Virus record (IMG/VR): IMGVR_UViG_2519899535_000001
Span: 3,526-67,525 of that record
Direction: 5' to 3' (one strand)
From: a virus
Lineage: Duplodnaviria; Caudoviricetes
DNA: 64,000 nucleotides
The notes under the pieces: model-generated
Database searches by the model: none
What the model saw: the letters and a program-made list of their open reading frames with translations, nothing else
Told to the model about the DNA's origin: nothing
Translations under genes and position numbers: made by a program
Part shown: in pieces, positions 24,812 to 34,447 of the stretch
How positions within the stretch are numbered: the first letter of the stretch is position 1
Layout of the letters: each line of letters opens with the position of its first letter

Positions 24812-27085
24812 ATGAACGCTACCCAACGCACCCCCACCCTCGAAGAGCTGCAGGACGGCCGCGACGAGCCCATCACCCGGGATGAGTTCGCCTCCATCGT
24901 GCGCGAGAGCCTGGCACAGCCGCCATGGCGCGCCCAGGCCGACAAGGAGGCGGACTACGCCGATGGCAACCAGCTGAGCACTGATCTGCTGCGCAGGCTG
25001 AAGGACATGGGCATCCCACCAGCCAAGGAGAACATCATTGGCCCGGCCATCCGCGCTGTGTGTGGCTTTGAGGCCAAGACGCGCACCGACTGGCGCGTGA
25101 CGCCGGATGGCGACCCAGGCGGCCAGGACGTGGCCGATGCGCTCAACTTCAAGCTGAATCAGGCCGAGCGCCATTCCAAGGCAGACCGTGCGCTGTCGGC
25201 AGCGTTTAAGCCTGCCAGCGCCGTGGGCATCGGCTGGGTGGAGGTCGCGCGCGCCAGCAACTCGCTGGAGTTCCCCTACAAGTGCCGCTACATCCACCGC
25301 AATGAGATCTGGTGGGACATGAAGGCCATCGAGCCCGACCTGTCGGACGCTCGCTGGCTCTATCGCCGCCGCTGGATCAGCCGCACACGGGCCGCGCGGA
25401 TGTTCCCGAACCACGCCATCCTCATCATGAATGGCGCGGACAAGTGGATCGCGGAGTTCAGCATCCAAGAGCTGGAGGGCGGCCAGTCCACCGGCCTGCA
25501 AGCAGCCGCCGAGGCACACCGGGCATGGACCACGGTAGAGGACGCCTACTACAACGAGGAAAACAAGACCGTCTGCATCACGGAGCTGTGGTACCGCCGC
25601 TGGGTGACGACCGTGATGCTCAAGATGAAGGATGGGCGCGCGGTGAAGTACGACCCGGCCAACCAGCTGCACCAAGCCGCCCTGTCGCTGGGCCGTGGCA
25701 AGCTGGTGGAGGAACTGCTGCCCGTGGTGCGCCGCAGCTACTGGATGGGCCCGCATTGCCTGTTCGATGGCCCGAGCCCATACCCACATCCGCACTTCCC
25801 CTATGCGCGCGTGGTGGCCGCCCAGGAAGACCTGACCGGCATTCCCTTCGGGCTGGTGCGCGACATGCTTTTCCCGCAGGACAACCTCAACAGCACGATC
25901 TCCAAGCTGCGCTGGGGCATGTCGGCGGTGGAGACGATTCGCACCAAGGGCGCAGTGGCCATGCCGGATGCGCAGTTCCGGCAGATGGCATCCCGGGTAG
26001 ATGCAGACTTTGTGCTGGACGCCGACCACATGGCGCAACAGGGGGCAAAGTTCGAGCGCAAGCGCGACTTCCAGCTCAACGCGCAGCACTTCCAGCTCAT
26101 GCAGGACTCGCGCGCGGCGGCGGCTGGCGTGTCGGGTGTGACCCCTTCGTTCCAGGGCCAGCAGGGCACGGCCACCAGCGGCGTGCAGGAGCAGACCCAA
26201 GTGGAGCAGTCCCAGGTATCGCTGGCCGACCTGATGGACAACTTCAAGGATGCCCGCGCCCTGGTGGGCGAAATGCTGATGGCCCTCATCATCGAGGACA
26301 TCGGCAAGGAGGAAACCGTGGTGGTGATCGAGGGCGACGTGCTCAACCCGCCACGCACGGTGGTGCTGAACAGCCCTGAGGTGGACCCGCACACCGGCAT
26401 CGTGCTGCTGTCGAACGACGTGCAGCGCACGCGCCTCAAGGTGGCGCTGGAGGATGTGCCCAGCTCCAGCAGCTTCCGCGCCCAGCAGCTCAACGCTCTG
26501 TCGGAATCGGTCAAGGCCGCTACGCCGGAGATCCAGCAGGTAGTGATGCCGTTCATGATCGACCTCATGGACATGCCCCGCAAGAAGGAGGTGGTGGAGG
26601 CCATCCGCAAGGCCCAGGGCCAGGCCGATCCCGAGGCCATCCGCGCCCAGGTCAAGCAGGAGCTGATGCACGACCTCAAGGAGCGCGAGCTGGCGTTGCG
26701 TGAGCGCGAAGTGGCTGCGCGCGAAGCACTCATGCAGGCGCAGAAGGTGCAGACCGGCGTGCAATCTGCGTTCTCTGCTATGCAAGCAGGAGCGCAGGTG
26801 GCCATGAACCCAGCCATTGCGCCCGTCGCTGACGAGGTGATGAAAGGCGCGGGCTACCAGCGGCCGAACCCTGGCGGCGATGACCCGAACTTTCCCACCG
26901 CTGGCGGTCTGCCGGTGGCGCCCGGCCCGGTACCAACCGGCGGCGCGGGTGGTGCGACGGCGGAGCCAGGCGTGGCCGATGTCCGGCAGAACACCAGCCC
27001 GGAATTCCCACCCGTGCCACAAGAGGCAGGGCAGGGCATGCAGGGCATCGAGACACCCGCTGTGGCCGACAACCTGCCAGCGTGA
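24812..27085 (+). CDS. Portal protein (P22/933W-like)
   Basis: Follows terL; DYADGNQL...ENIIGP.I...G.GWVEV...YRRRW. Confidence 0.85.
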   Translation: MNATQRTPTLEELQDGRDEPITRDEFASIVRESLAQPPWRAQADKEADYADGNQLSTDLLRRLKDMGIPPAKENIIGPAIRAVCGFEAKTRTDWRVTPDGDPGGQDVADALNFKLNQAERHSKADRALSAAFKPASAVGIGWVEVARASNSLEFPYKCRYIHRNEIWWDMKAIEPDLSDARWLYRRRWISRTRAARMFPNHAILIMNGADKWIAEFSIQELEGGQSTGLQAAAEAHRAWTTVEDAYYNEENKTVCITELWYRRWVTTVMLKMKDGRAVKYDPANQLHQAALSLGRGKLVEELLPVVRRSYWMGPHCLFDGPSPYPHPHFPYARVVAAQEDLTGIPFGLVRDMLFPQDNLNSTISKLRWGMSAVETIRTKGAVAMPDAQFRQMASRVDADFVLDADHMAQQGAKFERKRDFQLNAQHFQLMQDSRAAAAGVSGVTPSFQGQQGTATSGVQEQTQVEQSQVSLADLMDNFKDARALVGEMLMALIIEDIGKEETVVVIEGDVLNPPRTVVLNSPEVDPHTGIVLLSNDVQRTRLKVALEDVPSSSSFRAQQLNALSESVKAATPEIQQVVMPFMIDLMDMPRKKEVVEAIRKAQGQADPEAIRAQVKQELMHDLKERELALREREVAAREALMQAQKVQTGVQSAFSAMQAGAQVAMNPAIAPVADEVMKGAGYQRPNPGGDDPNFPTAGGLPVAPGPVPTGGAGGATAEPGVADVRQNTSPEFPPVPQEAGQGMQGIETPAVADNLPA

Positions 27086-27095
27086 GGCAACCGGC

Positions 27096-27131
27096 ATAGG
27101 GCGCAGCGATCCGGCGCCGTGGCTTGACCAT
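27096..27131 (+). promoter_or_regulatory. Late promoter motif 2
   Basis: ATAGGGC at 27096, GACCAT at +30. Confidence 0.6.
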
Positions 27132-27195
27132 GAGGCCCTACCCGCAACGGTCAGGGTTTCGCCGCAGCCACGGCACCATCACTGGAGTACCAGCC

Positions 27196-27486
27196 ATGTC
27201 ACGCACTTCCCGCCTCTTCGCCATCGCCGCCATTGCCTGCGCTGCTGCCGCTGGCGCCTTCGCTTCGGCCGCCGTTGCCTCGCGCGACTATGTGGTGGCC
27301 GCCGTTCATCGCGCCTGGGACTTCGTGCTCGATGGCTTCCGCGTGAGTGTGGAGGTGCAGCGGATCAGCCCCAGCCAGGACAAGCCGCGCGTGCGGCTGG
27401 TGGCGGCCAAGGCCTTCATCATGCGCATGGCCAAACGCGAGCGCCCTAATGTGACCCCGCTGTGGCGCATGTGCCCGTCCACCTAA
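27196..27486 (+). CDS. Small hypothetical protein with hydrophobic N-terminus
   Basis: GGAG RBS; ends RERPNVTPLWRMCPST. Confidence 0.75.
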   Translation: MSRTSRLFAIAAIACAAAAGAFASAAVASRDYVVAAVHRAWDFVLDGFRVSVEVQRISPSQDKPRVRLVAAKAFIMRMAKRERPNVTPLWRMCPST

Positions 27487-27506
27487 GCGCATGCCGCGAT
27501 CCCCAG

Positions 27507-27533
27507 AAAGCCGCCCACCGAGGCGGCTTTTTT
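27507..27533 (+). terminator. Intrinsic terminator
   Basis: AAAGCCGCC-N6-GGCGGCTTTTTT. Confidence 0.85.
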
Positions 27534-27546
27534 GTGCCCGCCCAGC

Positions 27547-27582
27547 ATAGGGCAGAGGGTTTTCGCCACACCCGTGAATACT
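27547..27582 (+). promoter_or_regulatory. Late promoter motif 3 (scaffold/capsid operon)
   Basis: ATAGGGC at 27547, AATACT at +30. Confidence 0.7.
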
Positions 27583-27747
27583 CGTTTCCAAGCCCCCCGC
27601 TGTGAAGCGCCGGGCGAAACCGCACCGCTGTGAAGCGGCGCATATCCCGCAGCAGGAGAGCGGAAAGCCGGGGCGATGGCCCTGGCCAACCCTCGACCGC
27701 ATGCCCAGTCAGGCCCAGCCGGATAGCTGGGATGGAGCACGCAGCAA

Positions 27748-28776
27748 ATGGCACTCACACCTGCCGAACTTCTCGAAAAGGCCCTCAACGGCGAGTCGTT
27801 GGATGACGACCACGCTGACGAAGCCACAAAGACCACCACCACCCAGGAAGAGCCCACGGACAACAACACCGACGACGCAGCGGATGCTGCCAAGGCCGGT
27901 GCAGATGAACAGGGCAAGACCACGGGCGGCGCTGGCACCACCGAAGACGACGAGCCCAAGGGCGCGCCGATTGCCAGCAAGTCTGGCGCTTACACGATTC
28001 CCTACGAGAAGCTGGAGCAGGCGCGCGACCGCGCCAAAACTCTGGAGGGTGAAAACGAGTCCCTGCGCGCGCAGCTGGCAGAGCTGAACGCCAAGCAGCA
28101 GGCGAACCTGGAACAGGCCGAGGACAAAGCCCAAGCCCGCGCGGATGCCGGGAAGGCGCAGACCCAGGCCGACCAGAACCTTGAAGCCGCGAAGAAGGCC
28201 ATGGGCCAGGGTGTGGACGCATCCCTGTTCGGTGACTTCTCGGAAGAAGGTATCGCCAAGGGCATCGCCGCCCTGATGGAGCGCACTCGTGAGGAGCTGC
28301 GCGCCGAGCTGCGCGAAGAAGCCGCCCGCGAGTTGAAGCCCCTCAAGGACCGCGAGGCCCAGGAGGTCAAGGACAGCCACTACGGCGCGATCTTCGAAAA
28401 GCATCCCGATGCCAACGAAATCGTGCAGTCGTCGCAGTTCGCCGCCTGGCACGCCAGCCTGCCGGGCTTCCAGCGTGCAGCTGTCGATGCCGTGCTCAAC
28501 CCGGAAACGGGCGGCACTGCTGCGGAAGTGATTGAAGTTTTTGACACGTTCAAGGCGCAGACCGGCAAGGCCGCAGCGCCTGCCGCTCAGGACAAGGGCA
28601 AGGCACCGGAGGTGCAACGCCGCGTCCCTCACTCGCTGTCGGAGATCGCGGGAGAGCAGCACCAGGACATCGCACAGCAGGTGATGGCTTCGGCTGGCAC
28701 CGACCCCAACGCGCTCATCGAGCGCATGCAAGACATGTCGCCCGAGCAGATCGAGCGCGTGATGAACGCCGTTTAG
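27748..28776 (+). CDS. Capsid scaffolding protein
   Basis: Acidic/coiled-coil, directly upstream of capsid; TIPYEKL. Confidence 0.75.
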   Translation: MALTPAELLEKALNGESLDDDHADEATKTTTTQEEPTDNNTDDAADAAKAGADEQGKTTGGAGTTEDDEPKGAPIASKSGAYTIPYEKLEQARDRAKTLEGENESLRAQLAELNAKQQANLEQAEDKAQARADAGKAQTQADQNLEAAKKAMGQGVDASLFGDFSEEGIAKGIAALMERTREELRAELREEAARELKPLKDREAQEVKDSHYGAIFEKHPDANEIVQSSQFAAWHASLPGFQRAAVDAVLNPETGGTAAEVIEVFDTFKAQTGKAAAPAAQDKGKAPEVQRRVPHSLSEIAGEQHQDIAQQVMASAGTDPNALIERMQDMSPEQIERVMNAV

Positions 28777-28834
28777 TTTTTTGAAACCGGGCCGCTCGTG
28801 ATGAGCCGCCCCCGTCCCATTGAAGGAGGTCACT

Positions 28835-30130
28835 ATGACCATGAACAGCCACGTACCGGCCGGTTCCGATAAGGCGATGTTTGTTCAGGCTGCGGGCATG
28901 TTTGCCCTGGCCGAAAACCGCGCCTCTCGTCTGGGCCAAATGTCCGGTCCCCTGCCCAAGGGCGAGGGGAAGGTAGCGGAAATGATCCGCAAGCAGTCCA
29001 GCTCCGATTTCCCCATCGTGAAGTGCATGGACTTGTCGCGCGGCACCGGCGACGAGGTGGAATTCCACTTTGTGCAGCCGACCAAGATGCGTCCCACCAT
29101 GGGCTCGCGCATGGTCGAGGGCAAGGGTAAGGGCCTGGCATACGACAAGGCCCGCATCCGCGTGGATCAGGCGCGTATCCCCGTCAAGCTGGGCGACACC
29201 ATGACGAACATCCGTTCGGCCGTGGACTTCACCCGATTGGCACGCCCTGTGGCCCAGTCGCACGCCAATGCGTACATCGACCAGTCGATCCTGACCCACT
29301 TGGGCGGTGCTCGCGGCTTTCACGACAACATCGAGTGGCGCGTCCCCACCGAGGACGATCCCGAGTTTGCCGAAATGCTGGTGAACCCGGTGAAGGCCCC
29401 CACCAAGAACCGTCACTACCTGGCTGACGGCACCAACGGTGTGAAGGCTTTCAGCGTGAACACCGGCGATGTTGCTCTGGCAACCACGGACGACCTGAAC
29501 ATGAGCGTGGTGGATGCCGTTCGCACGCTCATCGAGTCGCTGCCCCTGCCTCCCCCCGCCGTGAAGATCCCCGGCGACATGGCCTCCGAAGACGAGCCGC
29601 TGCGCGCACTGCTGCTGTCGCCCGCCCAGTACCACGCCTTTGCGCAGGATGACAACTTCCGCAAGTTCCAGGTGGCGGCCATGAACCGCGCCGCGAACGC
29701 GAAGCGTCACCCCCTGTTCCTGGGCGAGGCAGCACTGTGGAACGGCATTCTGCTGCTCAAGCAGCCCAAGCCGATCCGCTTTTACGCAGGTAACACCATC
29801 CGCTACAGCGCCAGCAACACGACCGAGAACGAAAGCACCTGCCTGGTGCCTGCATCGTTCACCAACACCCATGCGGTGGATCGTGCGATCTTGCTGGGCG
29901 GCCAGTCGCTGATGCAAGCCTTCGCGGCCTCTGGCATGTCGGGCATGCCGTTCTTCTGGAACGAAGAAACCTTCGACCACAAGGACAAGCGCGAGCTGAT
30001 GATCGGTGTGATCCAGGGCCTGCAAAAGGTTCGTTTCCCTGTGGATCAGGGCGATGGCACCAAGCACTGGACCGACATCGGCGCCATGGCCATCGACACG
30101 GTGGTGAAGCTCATCCCCGGCGAACGCTGA
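28835..30130 (+). CDS. Major capsid protein (DUF4043/N4-gp56-like)
   Basis: AAGGAGGT RBS; PIVKCMDLSRGTGDEVEF...RIRVDQAR; LGGARG. Confidence 0.85.
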   Translation: MTMNSHVPAGSDKAMFVQAAGMFALAENRASRLGQMSGPLPKGEGKVAEMIRKQSSSDFPIVKCMDLSRGTGDEVEFHFVQPTKMRPTMGSRMVEGKGKGLAYDKARIRVDQARIPVKLGDTMTNIRSAVDFTRLARPVAQSHANAYIDQSILTHLGGARGFHDNIEWRVPTEDDPEFAEMLVNPVKAPTKNRHYLADGTNGVKAFSVNTGDVALATTDDLNMSVVDAVRTLIESLPLPPPAVKIPGDMASEDEPLRALLLSPAQYHAFAQDDNFRKFQVAAMNRAANAKRHPLFLGEAALWNGILLLKQPKPIRFYAGNTIRYSASNTTENESTCLVPASFTNTHAVDRAILLGGQSLMQAFAASGMSGMPFFWNEETFDHKDKRELMIGVIQGLQKVRFPVDQGDGTKHWTDIGAMAIDTVVKLIPGER

Positions 30131-30196
30131 TAGGCCACGCGGGGCGCCACGTGCGCCTCGCCTCCATCCCCCTCAATTCAAGAACGGAGGCCAACC

Positions 30197-30676
30197 ATGG
30201 CAACCATCAAAGTCAAGAGCGTCGGCAACGGCGTGCACCTGGGCAACACGCCGTGGGGCAATCTCACTGCGCTGCGCTACGTCGTCAAGACCAACGCCAC
30301 GGGCGCGGTCATCAACTCCGACTCCACTGCGGCCATCGCTGTCAACGACATCGTGAACCTGGGGCACCTGCCTTCTGGTTTCCGCTTCATTGACAGCCAG
30401 GTCACGGTGGTGACCGGCATGAAGGCTACCGCCACCGGCGATCTGGGCTTTGCCTACAAGGACGGCGTGGACGACACCGCTGTACCGCAGGACGCGGACT
30501 ACTTCGGTGCTGGCCTGGCTATCGCCACCGCAGCCCGTCTGCGCAACGCCACCACGAACCCCAGCATCGTGCTGCCCAAGGACGCCAACCTGCTGCTGAC
30601 CGTCAAGACGGTGGGCAACGACAAGGCCTCGGAGATCGAGGTGGTGATCTACGGCATTGCCGAAGGCGTGAAGTAA
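30197..30676 (+). CDS. Virion protein (decoration/cement-like)
   Basis: Follows capsid; beta-rich. Confidence 0.7.
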   Translation: MATIKVKSVGNGVHLGNTPWGNLTALRYVVKTNATGAVINSDSTAAIAVNDIVNLGHLPSGFRFIDSQVTVVTGMKATATGDLGFAYKDGVDDTAVPQDADYFGAGLAIATAARLRNATTNPSIVLPKDANLLLTVKTVGNDKASEIEVVIYGIAEGVK

Positions 30677-30724
30677 GGAACGGCGGGCCGGGTAACCGGC
30701 CTGCCTCCTTTTCTGGAGGCTCCC

Positions 30725-31171
30725 ATGAAATTTGAGTTGATCCGCTACGAGGGCACGGCCCCGTACACCGACCGTACCCCCATGCGCAACGCCTGGGAGC
30801 CCGGCGAAGAAAAGCTTGTGTCCGAAGCGGACGCCAAGGCGCTGATGCGCTACTTGGAGTTCAAGCGCGTTCCTGCCGAAGCCAAGAAGGCCGCAAAGGC
30901 GAGCAAAGAGCCCGCAGCCAAGGGCGACGATGGCAAGGACGACAACGCTGCGGCACTGGCCCTGGCCAAGCAGGCGGCCACCGAGCAGCAGCTGCGCGAG
31001 AAAAAGGCCGCAGAACAGACAGAGGCAACTCTTCTGGAAGTGTCGCAAATGACCAAGGCCGCATTGACGGAATTTGCGAAGGCGAACTACGGCGTGGTGC
31101 TGGATACCAAGAACAAAGTCGATGACCTGCGTAACCAGGTCACGGCGCTGGTGCATGGCGGGCTCAACTAA
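30725..31171 (+). CDS. Hypothetical protein with C-terminal helix-extended-helix-like motif
   Basis: SQMTKAALTEFAKANYGVVLD......LRNQV. Confidence 0.7.
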   Translation: MKFELIRYEGTAPYTDRTPMRNAWEPGEEKLVSEADAKALMRYLEFKRVPAEAKKAAKASKEPAAKGDDGKDDNAAALALAKQAATEQQLREKKAAEQTEATLLEVSQMTKAALTEFAKANYGVVLDTKNKVDDLRNQVTALVHGGLN

Positions 31172-31866
31172 TGACCCTCGGCGATCTGATCCGGCGCTTT
31201 CGCGTGCTTGCCGATGACAAGGTGGTGCCGTACTTCTGGTCCAACGCGGACATTGTGGACTGGCTCAACGATGCCCAAGCGCAGGCTTGTGTGCGTGGCC
31301 GTCTGCTGCCGGAGGATGCCAACCCCGACATCTGCGAGGTGGCTGTCACGGCAGGGACCCACACCTACCAGCTGCACCCCACGGTTTACGAGCTGGTGCA
31401 CACCGGCTTTCGCCCAGCAGCTCCTGGTGGTCGGCCTGGCAAGTTCTTGCTCAAGTCGCGCGAATGGCTGAACGCCAACTACCCCAACTGGCGTGATGCT
31501 GACGACTGGCATCACATGGACGGCGGCACGCGCTACCTGGTGCAGAACGACACCACGGTGCGCATCGTCCCTACGCCGGCGGAAGACGGCACATTGACCA
31601 TTGAGGCCTACCGGCTCCCGCTTGAAGAGCTGTCTGCCGACGACGTCTCCGCTTCACCAGAAATCCACGCCGCGCACCACGAACACCTGCTGCTGTGGGC
31701 GCTGCACAAGGCGTTTTCGGTTCCAGACGCGGAGCTGATTGACCCAGTACGGGCGCAGAAAGCCGAAGAGGGATTCACGGCCTATTTTGGGCCGCTCCCT
31801 GATAGCGACATGCGCCGCATCACGCGCGAGGACATTGCGCACCGCAACGAGGCGATCTTGGCCTAA
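31171..31866 (+). CDS. Head-tail adaptor-like protein
   Basis: MTLGDLIRRFR....D.....FWS...IVDWLNDAQ. Confidence 0.75.
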   Translation: MTLGDLIRRFRVLADDKVVPYFWSNADIVDWLNDAQAQACVRGRLLPEDANPDICEVAVTAGTHTYQLHPTVYELVHTGFRPAAPGGRPGKFLLKSREWLNANYPNWRDADDWHHMDGGTRYLVQNDTTVRIVPTPAEDGTLTIEAYRLPLEELSADDVSASPEIHAAHHEHLLLWALHKAFSVPDAELIDPVRAQKAEEGFTAYFGPLPDSDMRRITREDIAHRNEAILA

Positions 31867-31907
31867 GTCCCCTCCAGTCGAGCGTTCTAGAAATTAAGGA
31901 GCCAACC

Positions 31908-32315
31908 ATGGCCAACGCCCACTACGCCAAAGGCAAAGAGAAACTTCTCTCCAGCGCCGTCAACTACATGACAGACACCATCAAGGTGGCACTGGTTAAG
32001 AACAACTACGCGCAAGACCTTGCGAACGACGAGTTCTTCGGTCCGCATCTGAGCGCCCATGTGATCGGCACGCCGCAGACGCTGACGGGCAAGAGCATCA
32101 CGAACGGCGTGTTCGACGCAGCTGACGTGACCTTCCTGACGGTCGCGGCCGGCGACACCCTCGAAGGCGTGGTGATCTACAAAGACACCGGGGTTGCAGG
32201 GACATCTCCGCTGCTGCACTACATCGACACCATCACCGGCTTCCCGCTGGCGACGAACGGTGGCGACATCACGGTGCAGTGGGACAACGGCGCATACCGC
32301 ATTTTCAGCCTGTGA
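31908..32315 (+). CDS. Virion structural protein
   Basis: AAGGAG RBS; DTIKVALV...FDAADVTF...PLATNGGDITVQW. Confidence 0.75.
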   Translation: MANAHYAKGKEKLLSSAVNYMTDTIKVALVKNNYAQDLANDEFFGPHLSAHVIGTPQTLTGKSITNGVFDAADVTFLTVAAGDTLEGVVIYKDTGVAGTSPLLHYIDTITGFPLATNGGDITVQWDNGAYRIFSL

Positions 32316-32324
32316 TGAGCAGCC

Positions 32325-32717
32325 ATGCCCGCTCCAGCACAAGCGACTTACAGCGTGGCCGCCCTGGTACCGGTACACACCACCTTCCGTGACCTGATCG
32401 ATTCCGGGGCGCTCGCCGGAAGCATCAAGATCCGCAGCGCGGCCGACGTGCTGCTGGCACAGATCCCGCTGACGAAGCCCTGCGGGACGGTCAATGGCGC
32501 GACGGGGCAGCTCACGATCATGGCCTCGGGTCGCGACGATAGCGCCGATGCGTCCGGTACTGCGGCCTATGGGGAATTCTGTGACAGCGACGGCACTGTG
32601 TACCTGAGCCTTCCGACGCAGGCGGGTAGCTCTGCAGTCACCGGCAAGCTGGTGATGAACGTGCTCGCCGTCGTGGCAGGCACCCCTGTCGAAGTCGTGT
32701 CCGCGACGATCGGCTAG
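32325..32717 (+). CDS. Virion structural protein
   Basis: Tail-module position; G/T/A beta-rich. Confidence 0.7.
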   Translation: MPAPAQATYSVAALVPVHTTFRDLIDSGALAGSIKIRSAADVLLAQIPLTKPCGTVNGATGQLTIMASGRDDSADASGTAAYGEFCDSDGTVYLSLPTQAGSSAVTGKLVMNVLAVVAGTPVEVVSATIG

Positions 32718-32735
32718 AAAGAACGGAGAGTCACT

Positions 32736-33563
32736 ATGACAGTACGCTCATGGCTGGCTTCCTGCGCTGCGGTCAGCCAGAGCGGGACCTCCATCGACAG
32801 ATACGATCCTGCAGCTACATCCCACCCGCTATGGATAGAGCGCTTTTCTGAGTTCAGTACCACCGGGGCGTTTACCTCCGGGACGACCAATGCGCCTTCT
32901 GTCACCAAGACGCTGAGCCGCTTCATTCCCGGGGAGCCGTGGCGCGTCGGGGCCCGAAATACCACGTACACCGGCGATTACGCGCGTGTGGACATTGAGT
33001 TTCTTGCAGGCGCCAGTGTCGTGCTGGCGGTTTCGTTCCGCAGCCCCGCGAACTTCCAGAACGTCGTGCATGTCGGCAACACGCTGGGCACGATGACCGC
33101 AAAGGCATCGACTGGGTCCTACCCGTCCGTGGACGGCATACTCATTGCCAGCGCAGACGGTGTGCGCTACACGCCGAACCCGGGCAGCGCCTCGTCCAAC
33201 ACGAATGCGTTCTTCCACGCCAAGGACCTGTCGTCCGTGACGGCGGTGCGCTTCGGCGTTCAGGCGACCACTGGGTACACAGCGGCCCTGACCGTCGCGG
33301 CTTTCGGTTACGTCCAGCTCATGGGCCGCCTGAAGGGCACCGTCGTGGACTCGGCTGGCAACCCCGCCGCGAGGACTGTCATCGCTATCGAAGAGGCAAC
33401 GGCAAACCCTGCGAACAGTATCGTCAAGACCATCACCAGCGACGCGGTGACTGGCGCGTACTCCATGCCTACAGACTACGGCGGTGCGCACAGCGTCATC
33501 GCCTACCCCGCTTCCGGCGAGAGCCTGCAGGCCATCATCCTCAACGGGGTGACGCCAGTATGA
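32736..33563 (+). CDS. Putative tail fibre/receptor-binding protein
   Basis: Aromatic beta-rich N-domain; C-terminal LKGTVVDSAGNPAAR.V..... prealbumin-like domain. Confidence 0.55.
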   Translation: MTVRSWLASCAAVSQSGTSIDRYDPAATSHPLWIERFSEFSTTGAFTSGTTNAPSVTKTLSRFIPGEPWRVGARNTTYTGDYARVDIEFLAGASVVLAVSFRSPANFQNVVHVGNTLGTMTAKASTGSYPSVDGILIASADGVRYTPNPGSASSNTNAFFHAKDLSSVTAVRFGVQATTGYTAALTVAAFGYVQLMGRLKGTVVDSAGNPAARTVIAIEEATANPANSIVKTITSDAVTGAYSMPTDYGGAHSVIAYPASGESLQAIILNGVTPV

Positions 33564-34447
33564 GCTACACGCCGCCGTCCGGGAGCGCTGCGAACTTTTC
33601 GTGGGTAGGCGCCAGCGCATACACCGCGCCGTCCGGGGGCGACGCCAACCTGGTGTGGCCCCTGGTGATCGCCTCGATCCTCACGGAGGCCGCTGCAGCG
33701 ACACCGCTCGGTAGCCCAGCTGCGTTTGTGCTGGTTCACACCACCGCCGCCGCGAGCGGGTTCGAAACCACGACGTTCGGCACCCCCACTGGGCGTGTGC
33801 GCCTCAGCGCGACGGGTATCTACAGCACGAGCCACGGCACCCCATCCAGCCCGGTGCCCCAGGTCGCCACCGCATCGGGGTTCGGCGCCGAGAAGATTGG
33901 CGTGCCGACCAGATATGTGCCGCCTGTCGCCGGCGCCCACCAGTACGTGGCTGCAGCGCCGTTTCTATCGGGGGCCTACGGCCTCGCGTCCGTGGCAGCC
34001 AGTGTCGCTGCGCAGGCCCAGGGATACGCACCGGGGCAGTTCGGTGTACCAGTCGCCCGGGCCCGTATGGGCGCGCAGTCTATTGGGCCGACGCTGTATT
34101 TCGGCGCCCCCTCACTGATGTTGTCGCAGCGCGCAGTGAGCCTACCGAACACCGTGTTCGGCACCCCGGTGGTGGCGCGAGTGCAGCTGGCGGCGGGCAT
34201 CCACGCCCCGACAAAGTGGGGCCGCCCCACCACCGAGCGCAGCGACACCTACCGGGCCCGCAGCCTGATCGGCGCCGCGCGCTTCGGCCGCGCGGCGGCC
34301 TACAAGATCAACGCCTACCAGGCGGCTCATCTGCTTGGCCCCGGTGGCTTCGGCACACCGGCTTGCGCGCAGCGGTACCGCGCGACGGGCCTGCATGCTT
34401 CCGCCCGCTTCGGCAAGCCCCTACTGTCCAGGAGCAGCGCATGCTGA
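33560..34447 (+). CDS. Tail-associated protein with FG(T/A)P repeats
   Basis: YTPPSG x2, repeated FGTP/FGVP/FGAP. Confidence 0.65.
   Translation: MSYTPPSGSAANFSWVGASAYTAPSGGDANLVWPLVIASILTEAAAATPLGSPAAFVLVHTTAAASGFETTTFGTPTGRVRLSATGIYSTSHGTPSSPVPQVATASGFGAEKIGVPTRYVPPVAGAHQYVAAAPFLSGAYGLASVAASVAAQAQGYAPGQFGVPVARARMGAQSIGPTLYFGAPSLMLSQRAVSLPNTVFGTPVVARVQLAAGIHAPTKWGRPTTERSDTYRARSLIGAARFGRAAAYKINAYQAAHLLGPGGFGTPACAQRYRATGLHASARFGKPLLSRSSAC

Noticed and set aside
23011-27097. 644-aa and 775-aa minus-strand ORFs
   Set aside because: Shadows of terL and portal
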